Positions 1 through 10,011 of a stretch of 64,000 nucleotides of DNA are shown piece by piece (the stretch's first letter is position 1; the number at the start of each line of letters is the position of its first letter). The DNA is taken from IMG/VR virus record IMGVR_UViG_3300033141_002573, positions 42,726-106,725 of that record; one strand, given 5' to 3'. Origin of the DNA: a virus. The translations under genes were made by a program, and so were the position numbers. The notes below the pieces were generated by a model. That model was not told where the DNA came from, did no database searches, and saw only the letters and a program-made list of their open reading frames with translations.

Positions 1-1323
1 GACATCACTACTTAGATCCTCCACAAACTCCCAGTCAGGTTTGAGCGTAGCCCTGCGATAGAGACGAGAAACACACGTACTATTTCTGACACGCGACCCG
101 TTCTCCCCTGACCACCCATGGACCTGACCTCCAACGATTTTCTCTGCCGTAAAGTCATAGTGCAAACCTGGCGCGGTTGTCCATTGCCCAACCCGTACCG
201 CCACATCCATGTTGTCACTGGTCCACCGGTTGACAGGCCTCAGATCGAAGCAATGAGGCGTTTTTAGCCAGTTGTCCTCATCATCCTTAAAGGCTGCCTC
301 AACAGCAGATGTGTTGTAAGTAGCCTCCCAGGCATCGCAGCATCTCTCTATGAAACTCAGATAGCCAGCCAAACTCCATGCGGTGGTGAAATCGATCCCG
401 CTCTTTGCCCCAACACGGTAATCAAAGTGACCCCCTGTAGGTTCAAACGTGTTCTTATGAGAACTATCAGGCCAGGCAATCCCCTCCAAGTATTGCCCAT
501 CCACACATGCGGATATTCCGCCACGTTTGTACTCCCAGTGCTCAAACTCCTTAAGGTAAACGTGAGGATGACCAGGTTCACGGTCCTCCTGGTCGCTTCC
601 GCTGTCGAGGCGGAGTCTCGGTTCCCATATCCTGTAATGACCTGCCTTACTAAACAACAACCTGATAGAGTGTACTATACGCAAAGGAACAGTCGCAGCG
701 AGATCAACACACAACTCCTGTAGGAAATCGGTCGTCCTTATCTTCCGTTCGATAGTGGTCAATTCTCCCAAAGTATATTTATACTCTGTCTGCCTAGTTG
801 AATCCGTAAAGTGGTTATCCGAATGCCAGTCACTACCATAGTAGCTAATAGTAACTGTCACATCCACTTCCTTGTAATCTGCAAACAATGGGATATACAA
901 GTATCCCCATCCCAACCATGAGTAAACAGGCTCATGGTGCCTCTCTGGATTAGATGGCGCATTGTAGTAGTAATCATGCTGGCGTGTCATATAAGCCTGG
1001 GGAACGGGTTCAGGCGCTGTCTGCTGAGGAACATGAGTACTGAGCCTATCCACATAGTTATTAGGTAAGGTAAGAATAATGCCCCCATTTGGCTCAGTTA
1101 CCTCAAACTCGCCATCCTCATTAGGCCATGTTGCTCCAGTAACCACAGTCCAACTTGCATTAGACAGAGCAAGTCCGTATATGCCCACCTCGGTCTTGTG
1201 GACAATACTCGCAATGTCGGAAACATAGGGTGAGCAGTCACGTGACGGTTTGTCGAGCGTCCATCCCGATATGCAAATCCTCCCATCATGGTCATAGGAT
1301 ACTGTGCTCGTGTCTACACTCAC
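1..1323 (-). CDS. Tail-associated structural protein, truncated by window edge (>=441 aa)
   Basis: Not in the ORF track. I checked every codon: the frame starting GTG at 1323 (overlapping the upstream TGA) has no stop down to position 1. The function is inferred only from its position downstream of the tape measure. Confidence 0.65.
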   Translation of the reverse strand, partial: MSVDTSTVSYDHDGRICISGWTLDKPSRDCSPYVSDIASIVHKTEVGIYGLALSNASWTVVTGATWPNEDGEFEVTEPNGGIILTLPNNYVDRLSTHVPQQTAPEPVPQAYMTRQHDYYYNAPSNPERHHEPVYSWLGWGYLYIPLFADYKEVDVTVTISYYGSDWHSDNHFTDSTRQTEYKYTLGELTTIERKIRTTDFLQELCVDLAATVPLRIVHSIRLLFSKAGHYRIWEPRLRLDSGSDQEDREPGHPHVYLKEFEHWEYKRGGISACVDGQYLEGIAWPDSSHKNTFEPTGGHFDYRVGAKSGIDFTTAWSLAGYLSFIERCCDAWEATYNTSAVEAAFKDDEDNWLKTPHCFDLRPVNRWTSDNMDVAVRVGQWTTAPGLHYDFTAEKIVGGQVHGWSGENGSRVRNSTCVSRLYRRATLKPDWEFVEDLSSDV

Positions 1324-1574
1324 AACTTACCACTCCGCTCTACTGTGCTGTCCCGATATCGCTGCGCAAAGTGGAGAGGTTCCCACATGCCACCAATCGT
1401 CTCGCGAATATTTCGCACAGTCGTTTCCTCAAGTGGGCGCAACTTCTCCCTTAGATACAGTATTCGCCTCTGGCGTCGCCACATATACCATTCATACACA
1501 ACCGACCACACAATTAAAGTTACCTCTATGACAACAATAGCCTTTAGGAACAACTGTATCTGCATCCCATACAC
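1320..1574 (-). CDS. Small membrane-anchored protein
   Basis: Hydrophobic stretch LFLKAIVVIEVTLIVWSVVYEWY followed by a basic RRQRR stop-transfer; tightly packed between neighbouring genes. Confidence 0.55.
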   Translation of the reverse strand: MYGMQIQLFLKAIVVIEVTLIVWSVVYEWYMWRRQRRILYLREKLRPLEETTVRNIRETIGGMWEPLHFAQRYRDSTVERSGKL

Positions 1575-1576
1575 CC

Positions 1577-2821
1577 CTAGAATCCCTCAAGCTTGTGGCT
1601 ACGCGCACTAGCACGGTCTATATAAAAAGCCACATCTGGTAGCAACCTACATGCCCCATCAGGTGGAGGGTCTTCATCCCAACTATAAATCCCCCATGTG
1701 GGACGCACAGTCAAACTTTGCCACTCAGCCAATGTATGCTTGACAGTCGCCCATGCCCCGTCCGTGTATTCTTGGACCCCGGTACAATAGATTTCGAGGT
1801 CGTTCAGGTCGGCCCCGTCCATGTCCCTGACATGAAGACCACTGAATGAGTATTCGCGGGGGGCATGTATTCTACCCTGCCAGGCAAATCCTGCTGTATG
1901 CAACTCATCGGGTGCATACAGGCGTATCGTGGAACCCGACCCGATAACCTCCATCTTCGTTCCTAGCCACGATTCGCCTGTGCATGTCGGGTTAAGCACC
2001 TTGTGGAGTCTGCTTGCGTCTATCGGGCACTCTGTCCATGTAACATCCTCCGCCCGAACGTGGTCACCTGCTGTCGCCGAGTAATGTCCCCCAGACACCA
2101 ACGTAACCGTAAGCAACGCAGAAATATTAATAGGCGTATCCGGGGTACAAGTATACTGATATGCCCCTTGTTCGGTGACAACCCTTACCGTAACAGTCTG
2201 CTCCTCCTCCATTACCCACTCGTCCTTCCCGCGCATCTCCTTAGCGTGAGTAACACCAGTCTTCTCCCCTATTGGGTGTTCGCTCACGCTTTCCTCAACG
2301 GTAGCATCTACGTCTATAGTCACTTCCCAATCATGAAAAGCGTCATCCAACTCATACCATTCGTCAATTAGCGGAGTTTCATGCCACCCACGTGCGTGTA
2401 CCATCAACTTCCCATTGTGGATTTCGGGCCATAACTGAGGACCAATACCATAGTTATCAAGATGTAAGTACACACCTGCCCCACCCCCACACCCTGTGTA
2501 TCCATCTGCCGTGCTACTGCACAGGAACCTCAGCGTCGCGCTCGCACCGAAATGCCCCGGTATCTGTGTCTTCGCTGCCATCGGCCCTTCTCCGTCCTCC
2601 CACCTAAGCTCTATGCGTTCACCGTCGCTTGTCCTGAGCACCGGCCTCTCGCCGGTCGGGTCTATCGTCGCCGAGAACGTGAAAGCCGCCCCGTCCTCCT
2701 CGCCCCTCGGCACCCCGATAAGCCACTCCTGCATCCGCCGCTCGCCCGCTGGAGTCCGCGCTGCAATGATAATGCCCGTCCCCACCACCAGCACAACCAA
2801 CAACGGCCACGTCTTGTTCAT
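1577..2821 (-). CDS. Signal-peptide/TM-anchored beta-rich protein of unknown function (~414 aa)
   Basis: GGAGG RBS before ATG at 2821; N-terminus MNKTWPLLVVLVVGTGIIIAA; lies directly after the tape measure. Confidence 0.7.
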   Translation of the reverse strand: MNKTWPLLVVLVVGTGIIIAARTPAGERRMQEWLIGVPRGEEDGAAFTFSATIDPTGERPVLRTSDGERIELRWEDGEGPMAAKTQIPGHFGASATLRFLCSSTADGYTGCGGGAGVYLHLDNYGIGPQLWPEIHNGKLMVHARGWHETPLIDEWYELDDAFHDWEVTIDVDATVEESVSEHPIGEKTGVTHAKEMRGKDEWVMEEEQTVTVRVVTEQGAYQYTCTPDTPINISALLTVTLVSGGHYSATAGDHVRAEDVTWTECPIDASRLHKVLNPTCTGESWLGTKMEVIGSGSTIRLYAPDELHTAGFAWQGRIHAPREYSFSGLHVRDMDGADLNDLEIYCTGVQEYTDGAWATVKHTLAEWQSLTVRPTWGIYSWDEDPPPDGACRLLPDVAFYIDRASARSHKLEGF

Positions 2822-2893
2822 TTTTATCTTCCTCCACATACATGTTGTGAAGGAAGTATACCACAACAACTGCTATTATTCAAGCACCATGGG

Positions 2894-5800
2894 CTACGGC
2901 CTGTGTATTGCCCGTCGCTCCGCACGTCCCTCATTGTCGAGTCGAGTTTTCACCTCAGCCTCGATGCCTTTCTCTGTGTGGACATCAACATCGATAGCCA
3001 AGCGATGTCCAGCCGCTATTGCACCAGCCGCTCCAAGGCCGGTAGCAACTGGTTCCACCCCTCTCGTAACCGTTGTAGAAAGACCGCGCCTTAACACCCA
3101 TCCCATCGACCTATAACCAGCTTCCTCCCAGAGCCAATCCTCAATGGTCTTCCTCCCCAACTTCTGGACCACTCCCTTCGACACAGCCCCTGTAACCACT
3201 GTTTCACCAGCCAACCCCAACCCCGCTGTACCTAGAGATCCTGCCAACAAGGCGATGTCCGCCACCAGCTTAGCCTGTCGGGCGTCTCTCATAGCATCCT
3301 CTAATTTCCCGTGCCCAGTACGTACATTGTAAAGTGCAGTAGGGCCTGGTATCCCCGTAAAACTCTCATACGCGTACTCCCAAATGGGCGGCTGCCTCCA
3401 AGGGCCTGTAGGGAAGGTAATCTGTGCCACTTCTTTCTCTAATTCAATATCCCTACGTCTGCGTGCCTCATCTTCCTTCTCCCATTTTGCATGAAGAACA
3501 GCTATTGCACGTTCAGCACTAGCCTCACGTTCCCCTCGTATCTGGGCCATCTCAGCACGAGCCTTTATTGTACGCTGACGCTTTGCAGCAGCCCTAAGCA
3601 TTGCAAGCGTAACCGGATCCAGTTGAGGCGGACGCTTTACAGTCCAAGGAAGTTCCCGAAGATTTACGTTCTTCTCCCCGGCTGCTATCCTTAACTCTTG
3701 TTGAACACGCTCTTGAGCAAAACTAAAAGCATCCTCCGGTCTCATCCCCGATCTGATTCCACCAAGCGCGTATGCTTGGTATCTAGCAATATCAAAGGCA
3801 CCTGCCCCCTTCCCAAGGGCCTTCGTAATGGATTCGCCCATCACAGCAGCCCCTCTTTCGGAGGCTCCTTCTATTTCCTCCCTCATACGACCAGCACCCG
3901 TTTCCGCTGCCTTCTCTTGCCCCTCCCAAAAAGCCCTAATGGTATCCTCGTAGCTAGGCGCTGCTCCCATTTTCCCAAGTTGGGTCTGCAATATCTTTGC
4001 GTACTCAGGACTTATCGCTTGCGCAACAGCAATCAGCCCCCCTGTCCCACCGGCAGCGGACCTCTGGCCCTTACCAGTTGCTGCCTTCCCCGCAGTCTCT
4101 ATCCTATCACCAACACCCCGTAGGCTCTCACTAAACGCACGTGCGTCTTCGACCATCTTATCCTGGGCATCGTACCAATTCTTTCTCCGTTGGTGGGCCT
4201 CGTAGAGGTCTTGCACATATTTTCGTACAGCCCTGTCAAACTCCTCATCGCTTACACCTGGACGCTTCCGAATCTGGTGTTTTACACCCTCTACGATACG
4301 ACCCAGATCCTCCTTCTTCGTTCCAAATGGGATACCGGGAAACTCCCCCTCAAACATAGGCCATCCGTATTTCCTCATCCTCCGCCGTGCGGCAGCAACA
4401 TCCCCCTTCCACACCTCTCTCCTAGTTAGCCATCCAGCAGCTCTGCCGATAGCAACAAGGACCTCCAATATATGGGCAGTAAGATGAAGAAGTCTAGGCA
4501 TCCACTCAAAAAACTTAGCCTTCAACTTCTCCATAATACCAGGTATGCCACCCATGCTTTCAACCCAAGCCAGAATCTTGTTCCCAATGAAAACAACAGT
4601 AGCTGTAAACGCAGCAATTATTGTTGGGAGCCTTTCGGTTATCCACTTTGCCAACTGACCCACGACATCCCATACACGTTTTATCATATCCGTTAGCGAT
4701 GCAGCCCATGGCGCAACCTGTCTGGTCCCACCAGGCCCCTTTGGAAGAAATAGATCCCTCAGAGCAACCAGCGGAACCTTCAAGGGATTGATAACAGCGT
4801 AGCGTATCTCGTACACCATACGCGCCCAGAGGTCCTCAATGTCGGCAGTTACAGCCGCCCACGTGTAGGACATGGCCTCCGCTGCCCCACCTACCCGCGC
4901 TTCTATCATGTTCATGATGCCACGCAGGTTCTGTGTCAGATTCTCCGCAAGCGGACTAACACGGGTTCCCGCCTTTATCCCAACAGCGCCGTACTTTATG
5001 GCCTCTTGAGGTTGGAACCCAAAACTTCTTCGGAGAACCCTAAACTGACCCCTTGCAGCGAGCATGATACCATAGACAGCATCCTCAAGAGGACGCTTAA
5101 ACGCAATGGCTAGGTCCTCGGCCACCCTCATAACTTCCCACATGACCCTTCGGTCCCTTATACCCATCACCATTGCCTTTGTAACACCCTGTCCTATTTC
5201 AACCCACGTGAACGGAAGACCCACCGCCTCCTCCATAATACGGCGCATTACCTGGGGGGCAGCCTCCTTGAAAAGCACATCCATTCTTGCCCCAAGGCTC
5301 TCCATCTCAGCGGCTGCCTCAACTATGACCTTAGTGAAACGAACGAATAGGCCTATTAGTTGCTTCACCAAACGTATCACACGATGAACAGACTCAGTGA
5401 TAAAGCGCATAATGTTCCGCGCCATGTAGAAGAACGAAACAGCCAACCAATATGCCCCAATAAACATGCTGGACAACTTACCAATAACAGCCAGTGCCCT
5501 CCCTCCAGTTGACACAATTCCCTGAAGGAACTGGGCACCACCAGCGATTATCCCTCCGCCACGAGTACCTGATGCCTTTGCCTGCTTTGCTATACTACCG
5601 AAGAAACCAAGTCTCTTACGAAGTTCCTCGTTGTATTTCTTGTTATCCTTCAACGCTCGGTGATGTATCAGGACCATTCTCCGCTCGTCCTCACCAATGC
5701 GTTGTGTCCGCCTTTGGTTGTCCATCAACGCACGTTGATGGATAGCGGCCATCTTCCGCTCGTCCTCCACAGCGCGTCGCGTGCGTGCCTCTTCCTCCCT

Positions 5801-6346
5801 CGAAGCGCGAATCCGTGCTCTTTGTATCATTTCCTCACGAGTACGCACCCGCCTAAATCTCTCGGCCTCCATAGCCTCGATGGCCTTCTCTGTTTCCTTG
5901 CGTATCTGCAATTCACGCTTGGCAGCCTCGCGGATGGCCCTTACACGAGCACGGTGAACCTCTTCCTCATGGCTACGAACACGCCGGAACCTGCGGTTTT
6001 CCTCCGCCTTTTGCTCCCTTGCGATACGCTCCTCCAGCTTGTAACGAGCATCGAGGGCCTTTATCCGCTGAGTGTAGAACTCCCTCTCCCGCTTCGTCCT
6101 TTCGCGGAGAGCCTGACCATGCGCTCTGGTGATCTGCTCCTCCAAACTCCGTACTCTCTTAGCCTTTAACCTCTCAGCAGCTAAGGCTTCCTTTGCAATC
6201 CGCGCAGATGTAGACTTACCACCAGCCCTAGAAGACCTACTACCGCCACCAAGCGCGTTCTCCAATGACTGTAGCGTCCGCTTAGTTCTACGGCTCAGGT
6301 GGATGTCAATCTCGCCCCTAAGGGTTTTGACTGGACCATCAGGCAT
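2894..6346 (-). CDS. Tail tape measure protein (~1150 aa)
   Basis: Longest ORF, helical Ala/Gly/Arg/Glu-rich, hydrophobic mid-segment, TMP-like core (AAAEMESLGARMDVLFKEAAPQVMRRIMEEAVGLPF), downstream of the chaperone pair. ATG 6346 preferred over GTG 6415. Confidence 0.9.
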   Translation of the reverse strand: MPDGPVKTLRGEIDIHLSRRTKRTLQSLENALGGGSRSSRAGGKSTSARIAKEALAAERLKAKRVRSLEEQITRAHGQALRERTKREREFYTQRIKALDARYKLEERIAREQKAEENRRFRRVRSHEEEVHRARVRAIREAAKRELQIRKETEKAIEAMEAERFRRVRTREEMIQRARIRASREEEARTRRAVEDERKMAAIHQRALMDNQRRTQRIGEDERRMVLIHHRALKDNKKYNEELRKRLGFFGSIAKQAKASGTRGGGIIAGGAQFLQGIVSTGGRALAVIGKLSSMFIGAYWLAVSFFYMARNIMRFITESVHRVIRLVKQLIGLFVRFTKVIVEAAAEMESLGARMDVLFKEAAPQVMRRIMEEAVGLPFTWVEIGQGVTKAMVMGIRDRRVMWEVMRVAEDLAIAFKRPLEDAVYGIMLAARGQFRVLRRSFGFQPQEAIKYGAVGIKAGTRVSPLAENLTQNLRGIMNMIEARVGGAAEAMSYTWAAVTADIEDLWARMVYEIRYAVINPLKVPLVALRDLFLPKGPGGTRQVAPWAASLTDMIKRVWDVVGQLAKWITERLPTIIAAFTATVVFIGNKILAWVESMGGIPGIMEKLKAKFFEWMPRLLHLTAHILEVLVAIGRAAGWLTRREVWKGDVAAARRRMRKYGWPMFEGEFPGIPFGTKKEDLGRIVEGVKHQIRKRPGVSDEEFDRAVRKYVQDLYEAHQRRKNWYDAQDKMVEDARAFSESLRGVGDRIETAGKAATGKGQRSAAGGTGGLIAVAQAISPEYAKILQTQLGKMGAAPSYEDTIRAFWEGQEKAAETGAGRMREEIEGASERGAAVMGESITKALGKGAGAFDIARYQAYALGGIRSGMRPEDAFSFAQERVQQELRIAAGEKNVNLRELPWTVKRPPQLDPVTLAMLRAAAKRQRTIKARAEMAQIRGEREASAERAIAVLHAKWEKEDEARRRRDIELEKEVAQITFPTGPWRQPPIWEYAYESFTGIPGPTALYNVRTGHGKLEDAMRDARQAKLVADIALLAGSLGTAGLGLAGETVVTGAVSKGVVQKLGRKTIEDWLWEEAGYRSMGWVLRRGLSTTVTRGVEPVATGLGAAGAIAAGHRLAIDVDVHTEKGIEAEVKTRLDNEGRAERRAIHRP

Positions 6347-6926
6347 ACCAGACCGCCTCCACAGAACGCCAGGCAACGTTTTCGAACTCCCTGTCCATCC
6401 TACCGTAGGTCTCACTCATAAAGCGACGATGACGCGGGCTTACAAACACCCAGGGAGACCTCTCCCCAATCATGTCCATCAACCTTGATTTGCCCTCGTA
6501 GGTCCTACTTACATTAAGACTTCCAACATCGATACCTGTAGCCCACCGTATCAACTTACGCCTAGCCCAACCGGTACGAGGGTTCCATAAGAGAACAGCG
6601 TGTGGGGTTATTCCATCATGCTTTCCCCACGGGTAGTGGAAAGGCCGTGGCCCATTCAACGACTCCTCAGGATCCATTATCGTTGACGTGTCATCTGTAT
6701 AGCCCAATACCACACGAACGCCATCGGACTCCTTCACCGTATCGAGGATACGAAAATCCCGCCGCATATCACCCTCGAACTCAGGCATCATGCCAACCAT
6801 TACCCTGTACATCTGGGACCCCAGATCAACAAGTGCAGGGTATAGCTCATCAACAATCCTAGAGGGAGCGGTTGGGAGTGTCGCTATCCAATGAGCAGTT
6901 GGCGCATCCCAAATCAGGTTATCCAT
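6339..6926 (-). CDS. Putative HK97 gp10-like tail-completion protein
   Basis: MMPEFEGDMRRDFRI resembles the gp10-type P-x-x-x-G-x-LRRSI motif; weak similarity and unusual position. Confidence 0.4.
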   Translation of the reverse strand: MDNLIWDAPTAHWIATLPTAPSRIVDELYPALVDLGSQMYRVMVGMMPEFEGDMRRDFRILDTVKESDGVRVVLGYTDDTSTIMDPEESLNGPRPFHYPWGKHDGITPHAVLLWNPRTGWARRKLIRWATGIDVGSLNVSRTYEGKSRLMDMIGERSPWVFVSPRHRRFMSETYGRMDREFENVAWRSVEAVWYA

Positions 6927-7326
6927 ACTTTGACCTCAGCCCCTTAGCGTCACCTTGCCAGTAGGCATTCCATATTGCCATCTTCCACCACGGCTGTCGA
7001 TTCCATGGAATGTCATCTGGGAAAACATGAAGGGCTTGTGCAACCTGTGCCTCCTCGACTCGCCTGGCAACAAAGACAGCCATCTCCCTGTCGTATAAGG
7101 TTGGCCCATTTAACTTAGCATCGTTTGCCTTCTCTTCCGCCTCCAAAAACGCCTTCAGAGCAGCAATATCCAGTTTCCCGGTCTCGTCCACGAAGTCCGA
7201 GTGCCTACGTTTCTGTGCAGGCTCTGGTGGTTCGCTACCCCGAAGGCGTATCTCTACAGTTAACGACAGAAAGTCTACACTGTCTCCTCTGCCAAGCCGG
7301 ATTCCTGCTGCTCTAGCGATTCCCCC
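6919..7326 (-). CDS. C-terminal extension of tail assembly chaperone (-1 frameshift product)
   Basis: The -1 frame opens just before GGGGGAA (preceded by an in-frame TGA) and stays open to 6919; typical ending (PWWKMAIWNAYW). Confidence 0.7.
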   Translation of the reverse strand, partial: GGIARAAGIRLGRGDSVDFLSLTVEIRLRGSEPPEPAQKRRHSDFVDETGKLDIAALKAFLEAEEKANDAKLNGPTLYDREMAVFVARRVEEAQVAQALHVFPDDIPWNRQPWWKMAIWNAYWQGDAKGLRSKYG

Positions 7327-7832
7327 GCTTCATCAACTACCTCTTCACCCTCACCAAGCCACTCCATCGCCTTAAGCACAAACCAGGAAAGAAGAGCATA
7401 GCTGGTTCGTGGATCCTTGAAGAAGGCAATGTTTTCCGAATCTTCCTTTTTCCATTTCCAAGGCTGAAACTGGGGTGTACCATCAGAACTCGCTTGCTCT
7501 ACAGGGAAACATGCGTCATTGACAACGTGCTGCCTGATCATCTCCTCAACCATCGGCATCAGACGGAACGTTCTAACTGTTTCCTCAGTAACATCTGCTG
7601 CCCCACGCCCGCCTCGAACCTCCGTCTTAACAACATCCTGACGACCAGCACTCATTATGGCGTCCTTCTGGGCACCACCAACCTCATTGAACCGAACGAA
7701 GTACTTCCCTCCGTCACTGATGTCCACATCCTCCCCTGTGTCTTCGTCGTAGACGGTAAGAGGATAGGGGTCAGAAACAGATACAGCAGCACGCCTAGCC
7801 ATTACTCGCAACAGTTTCAGCTTGTCTGCCAT
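7275..7832 (-). CDS. Tail assembly chaperone (short form)
   Basis: Acidic 185-aa ORF between tail tube and tape measure; carries the slippery GGGGGAA near its 3' end. Confidence 0.75.
   Translation of the reverse strand: MADKLKLLRVMARRAAVSVSDPYPLTVYDEDTGEDVDISDGGKYFVRFNEVGGAQKDAIMSAGRQDVVKTEVRGGRGAADVTEETVRTFRLMPMVEEMIRQHVVNDACFPVEQASSDGTPQFQPWKWKKEDSENIAFFKDPRTSYALLSWFVLKAMEWLGEGEEVVDEAGESLEQQESGLAEETV
7320..7326 (-). promoter_or_regulatory. Programmed -1 frameshift slippery site GGGGGAA
   Basis: GCG GGG GAA in the chaperone frame; same heptamer as the mycobacteriophage L5-type G/GT frameshift. Confidence 0.75.
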
Positions 7833-7855
7833 GTCAAGTCTCCTCCTTTTTGATA

Positions 7856-8203
7856 CTAAGACCGCTGACGCTGCATCAACTCTGCACGCGCCAATCGCAT
7901 CCCGTCCACAAGTTGACGCTTGCAGCGATCGTATTCCTTAGTATTGCTAACACCTAGACTGTCATCAGCCAAAGCATTGATAGCATCGATGACTGTCGAT
8001 TCAGCCCCATCATCCACGGACAGAACAAAATAACACTTTGGCTTCCCATTCATTAGCAACTCCCCAGGTGCCTTTACTTGAAAGAGATCCACCCCTGGAT
8101 AGTCGGAACACATTAGAGTGGTAGCCAGCGTCATGTCATCCGTGGTGAATATCCCAACCTCAAGTTGTTGAACAAGATCCGTATGAGCTTCGTTAGCAGC
8201 CAT
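7856..8203 (-). CDS. Hypothetical protein, tail module
   Basis: 115-aa ORF with RBS-like spacing between tube and chaperone genes. Confidence 0.6.
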   Translation of the reverse strand: MAANEAHTDLVQQLEVGIFTTDDMTLATTLMCSDYPGVDLFQVKAPGELLMNGKPKCYFVLSVDDGAESTVIDAINALADDSLGVSNTKEYDRCKRQLVDGMRLARAELMQRQRS

Positions 8204-8235
8204 ATTTGGTCTTCCTCTCTATCAATTTTGTAGTA

Positions 8236-9174
8236 CTACGATAGGGTAACAGGTCCGGTGGTGCCATCATCAGACCCAAGCCCTATCCACTCAAGAGACT
8301 CAGGGATACGACCCTCGTTGGTCCCACCAGGGTCACCTGTATGAGTGGTCCACTGCATTCGATTGACAAGCACGGTAGCGGTTATACCACCCCTCGACAT
8401 CACAAACTGAATACTGGCATCGTAATCCGTCGAGAAGTTGTTATCCGCCAGACTTTCGAAAACATCGTAAATGGACGAGTCAACAAAGTCTCGGCTGAGA
8501 CTTCCAGTACAACTCTCACCCGCAACGTTGTAAAGCTTCTGGGGGTACTGACCATTCGTTGCAGTGATCCGCAACCCCTCAGCCGCGTCCTCAACATGCT
8601 CATCCAGTCTTACTTCTGCACTCTCTATGTCCACAGTTGAGGACAAACTCCCAACACCCCCAACGTCTATGGTAACTGCTGTTTCCTTCCACAAATAGGG
8701 GCCTACCCTGGTGTGCATACTCACCTCAGGAGTAGCACTACCCGGCCTCTTCCCCAGCAAACTAAGTTCCAGAGTAACCGGACCACCCTTTTCAAACGCA
8801 ATAGCGGCCTCCCTGACCTTCACATCCACAACCGATCGGATACCGCGAACCGGGTCGTACATGTAGACCGACGCAAACTTCCCCTGGTTGTAGCTATCCC
8901 TATCCTGTATCCAAGACATAAGCGACGACCACAATGTAGCATCAGGAACAAGGGTAATAGGAGCACCACCCTCAAACCATACGCCAGAGGAATAGAGGAG
9001 ATGGAGGTAATCGTTGTAGTCGGCCTGCCTGTACTCCTCCTTGTTGATCTGAAGCTTAAAGTCCAGAGTATCCCTAAAGGGGACCCAGAGAACATTATCA
9101 GACTTCTCCGTTCCCTCTACGTCCTGGATCTGAAATCCAAATGCACAATGCTTTTCAAGGACTGTCCAAGACAC
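8236..9174 (-). CDS. Major tail (tube) protein
   Basis: 312 aa, beta-rich, acidic; canonical position after the terminator gene and before the chaperones. Confidence 0.7.
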   Translation of the reverse strand: MSWTVLEKHCAFGFQIQDVEGTEKSDNVLWVPFRDTLDFKLQINKEEYRQADYNDYLHLLYSSGVWFEGGAPITLVPDATLWSSLMSWIQDRDSYNQGKFASVYMYDPVRGIRSVVDVKVREAAIAFEKGGPVTLELSLLGKRPGSATPEVSMHTRVGPYLWKETAVTIDVGGVGSLSSTVDIESAEVRLDEHVEDAAEGLRITATNGQYPQKLYNVAGESCTGSLSRDFVDSSIYDVFESLADNNFSTDYDASIQFVMSRGGITATVLVNRMQWTTHTGDPGGTNEGRIPESLEWIGLGSDDGTTGPVTLS

Positions 9175-9213
9175 CCTTATCGCCTCACTCAGACAGACTT
9201 GTACGGTGGCTTA

Positions 9214-10011
9214 CTATATCCCAGTTATCTTATCGTAGGCACGAACACGTATCCCGTAAACAGCAATGTCAGCCCAGTCGATGTTATACTGATTTTTCAG
9301 CCGCACCAGACCTCCCCTAGCGTTAACACCCTGATGGCCTCCGTAGTGGGCAACATCTGCAAGAGAATCAAGAGCAGTACCGCCCAGCGTATGATCCTGA
9401 AGAATCATATCTGCAATGGAATCCACTGTGTCCTTAAAGGCCTGCCTGTCATAGTTACTGTCCATAACCTCATAGTACCTAACCACAAACCTCCAACGCT
9501 CGTCCCACGTAACATTTGTATGTGGCGTTCGCCTTCTATCAAGTTCAATAACACACACCCCAGGAAACCATTTCTCCTCAGGTTCTGTAAGGCCACTATC
9601 AGCAAAGTCCTCCTCCACAACCTGAAGATCAGACACGTAGCTCGGCAAGTCAGCATCCCGATAACGGACGTAAGCACCACGCGCCGTGGTGTAGTCATGG
9701 TCAAGCGTACCAGCTATCTTAAGGTGGAGATCCGCATCCGACAAACCAGCAATCGTAACATCTTCACTGTACTCAACGTCATTCGGGGTATCCGTCGCAC
9801 CGGGTTGAACAATGGTGATGTCGTTTGTAACCCCATAGAATGCCATAGTACCTGGAATGTTTGCAAGCGCCCAGGGATGCTCAAACTCACAACCTACCTT
9901 TATGGTAGTATCACCAGCACTGGCATCCTCCTTCAACAACACACGCCCCCAAATGAGGTTCCTTATTCCTCTTCCCATAGTCACAGGATAGGCGTTCACG
10001 GACAAAGACAT
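9214..10011 (-). CDS. Tail terminator-like protein with extra N-terminal beta domain
   Basis: C-half (FPGVCVIELD...RWRFVVRYY...DSIADMILQDHTLGG) fits tail terminators by size and position. Confidence 0.5.
   Translation of the reverse strand: MSLSVNAYPVTMGRGIRNLIWGRVLLKEDASAGDTTIKVGCEFEHPWALANIPGTMAFYGVTNDITIVQPGATDTPNDVEYSEDVTIAGLSDADLHLKIAGTLDHDYTTARGAYVRYRDADLPSYVSDLQVVEEDFADSGLTEPEEKWFPGVCVIELDRRRTPHTNVTWDERWRFVVRYYEVMDSNYDRQAFKDTVDSIADMILQDHTLGGTALDSLADVAHYGGHQGVNARGGLVRLKNQYNIDWADIAVYGIRVRAYDKITGI

Noticed and set aside
1-1600. Stop-codon reassignment
   Set aside because: The apparent gap is an ORF running off the window; TAG, TGA and TAA all end tightly packed genes elsewhere.
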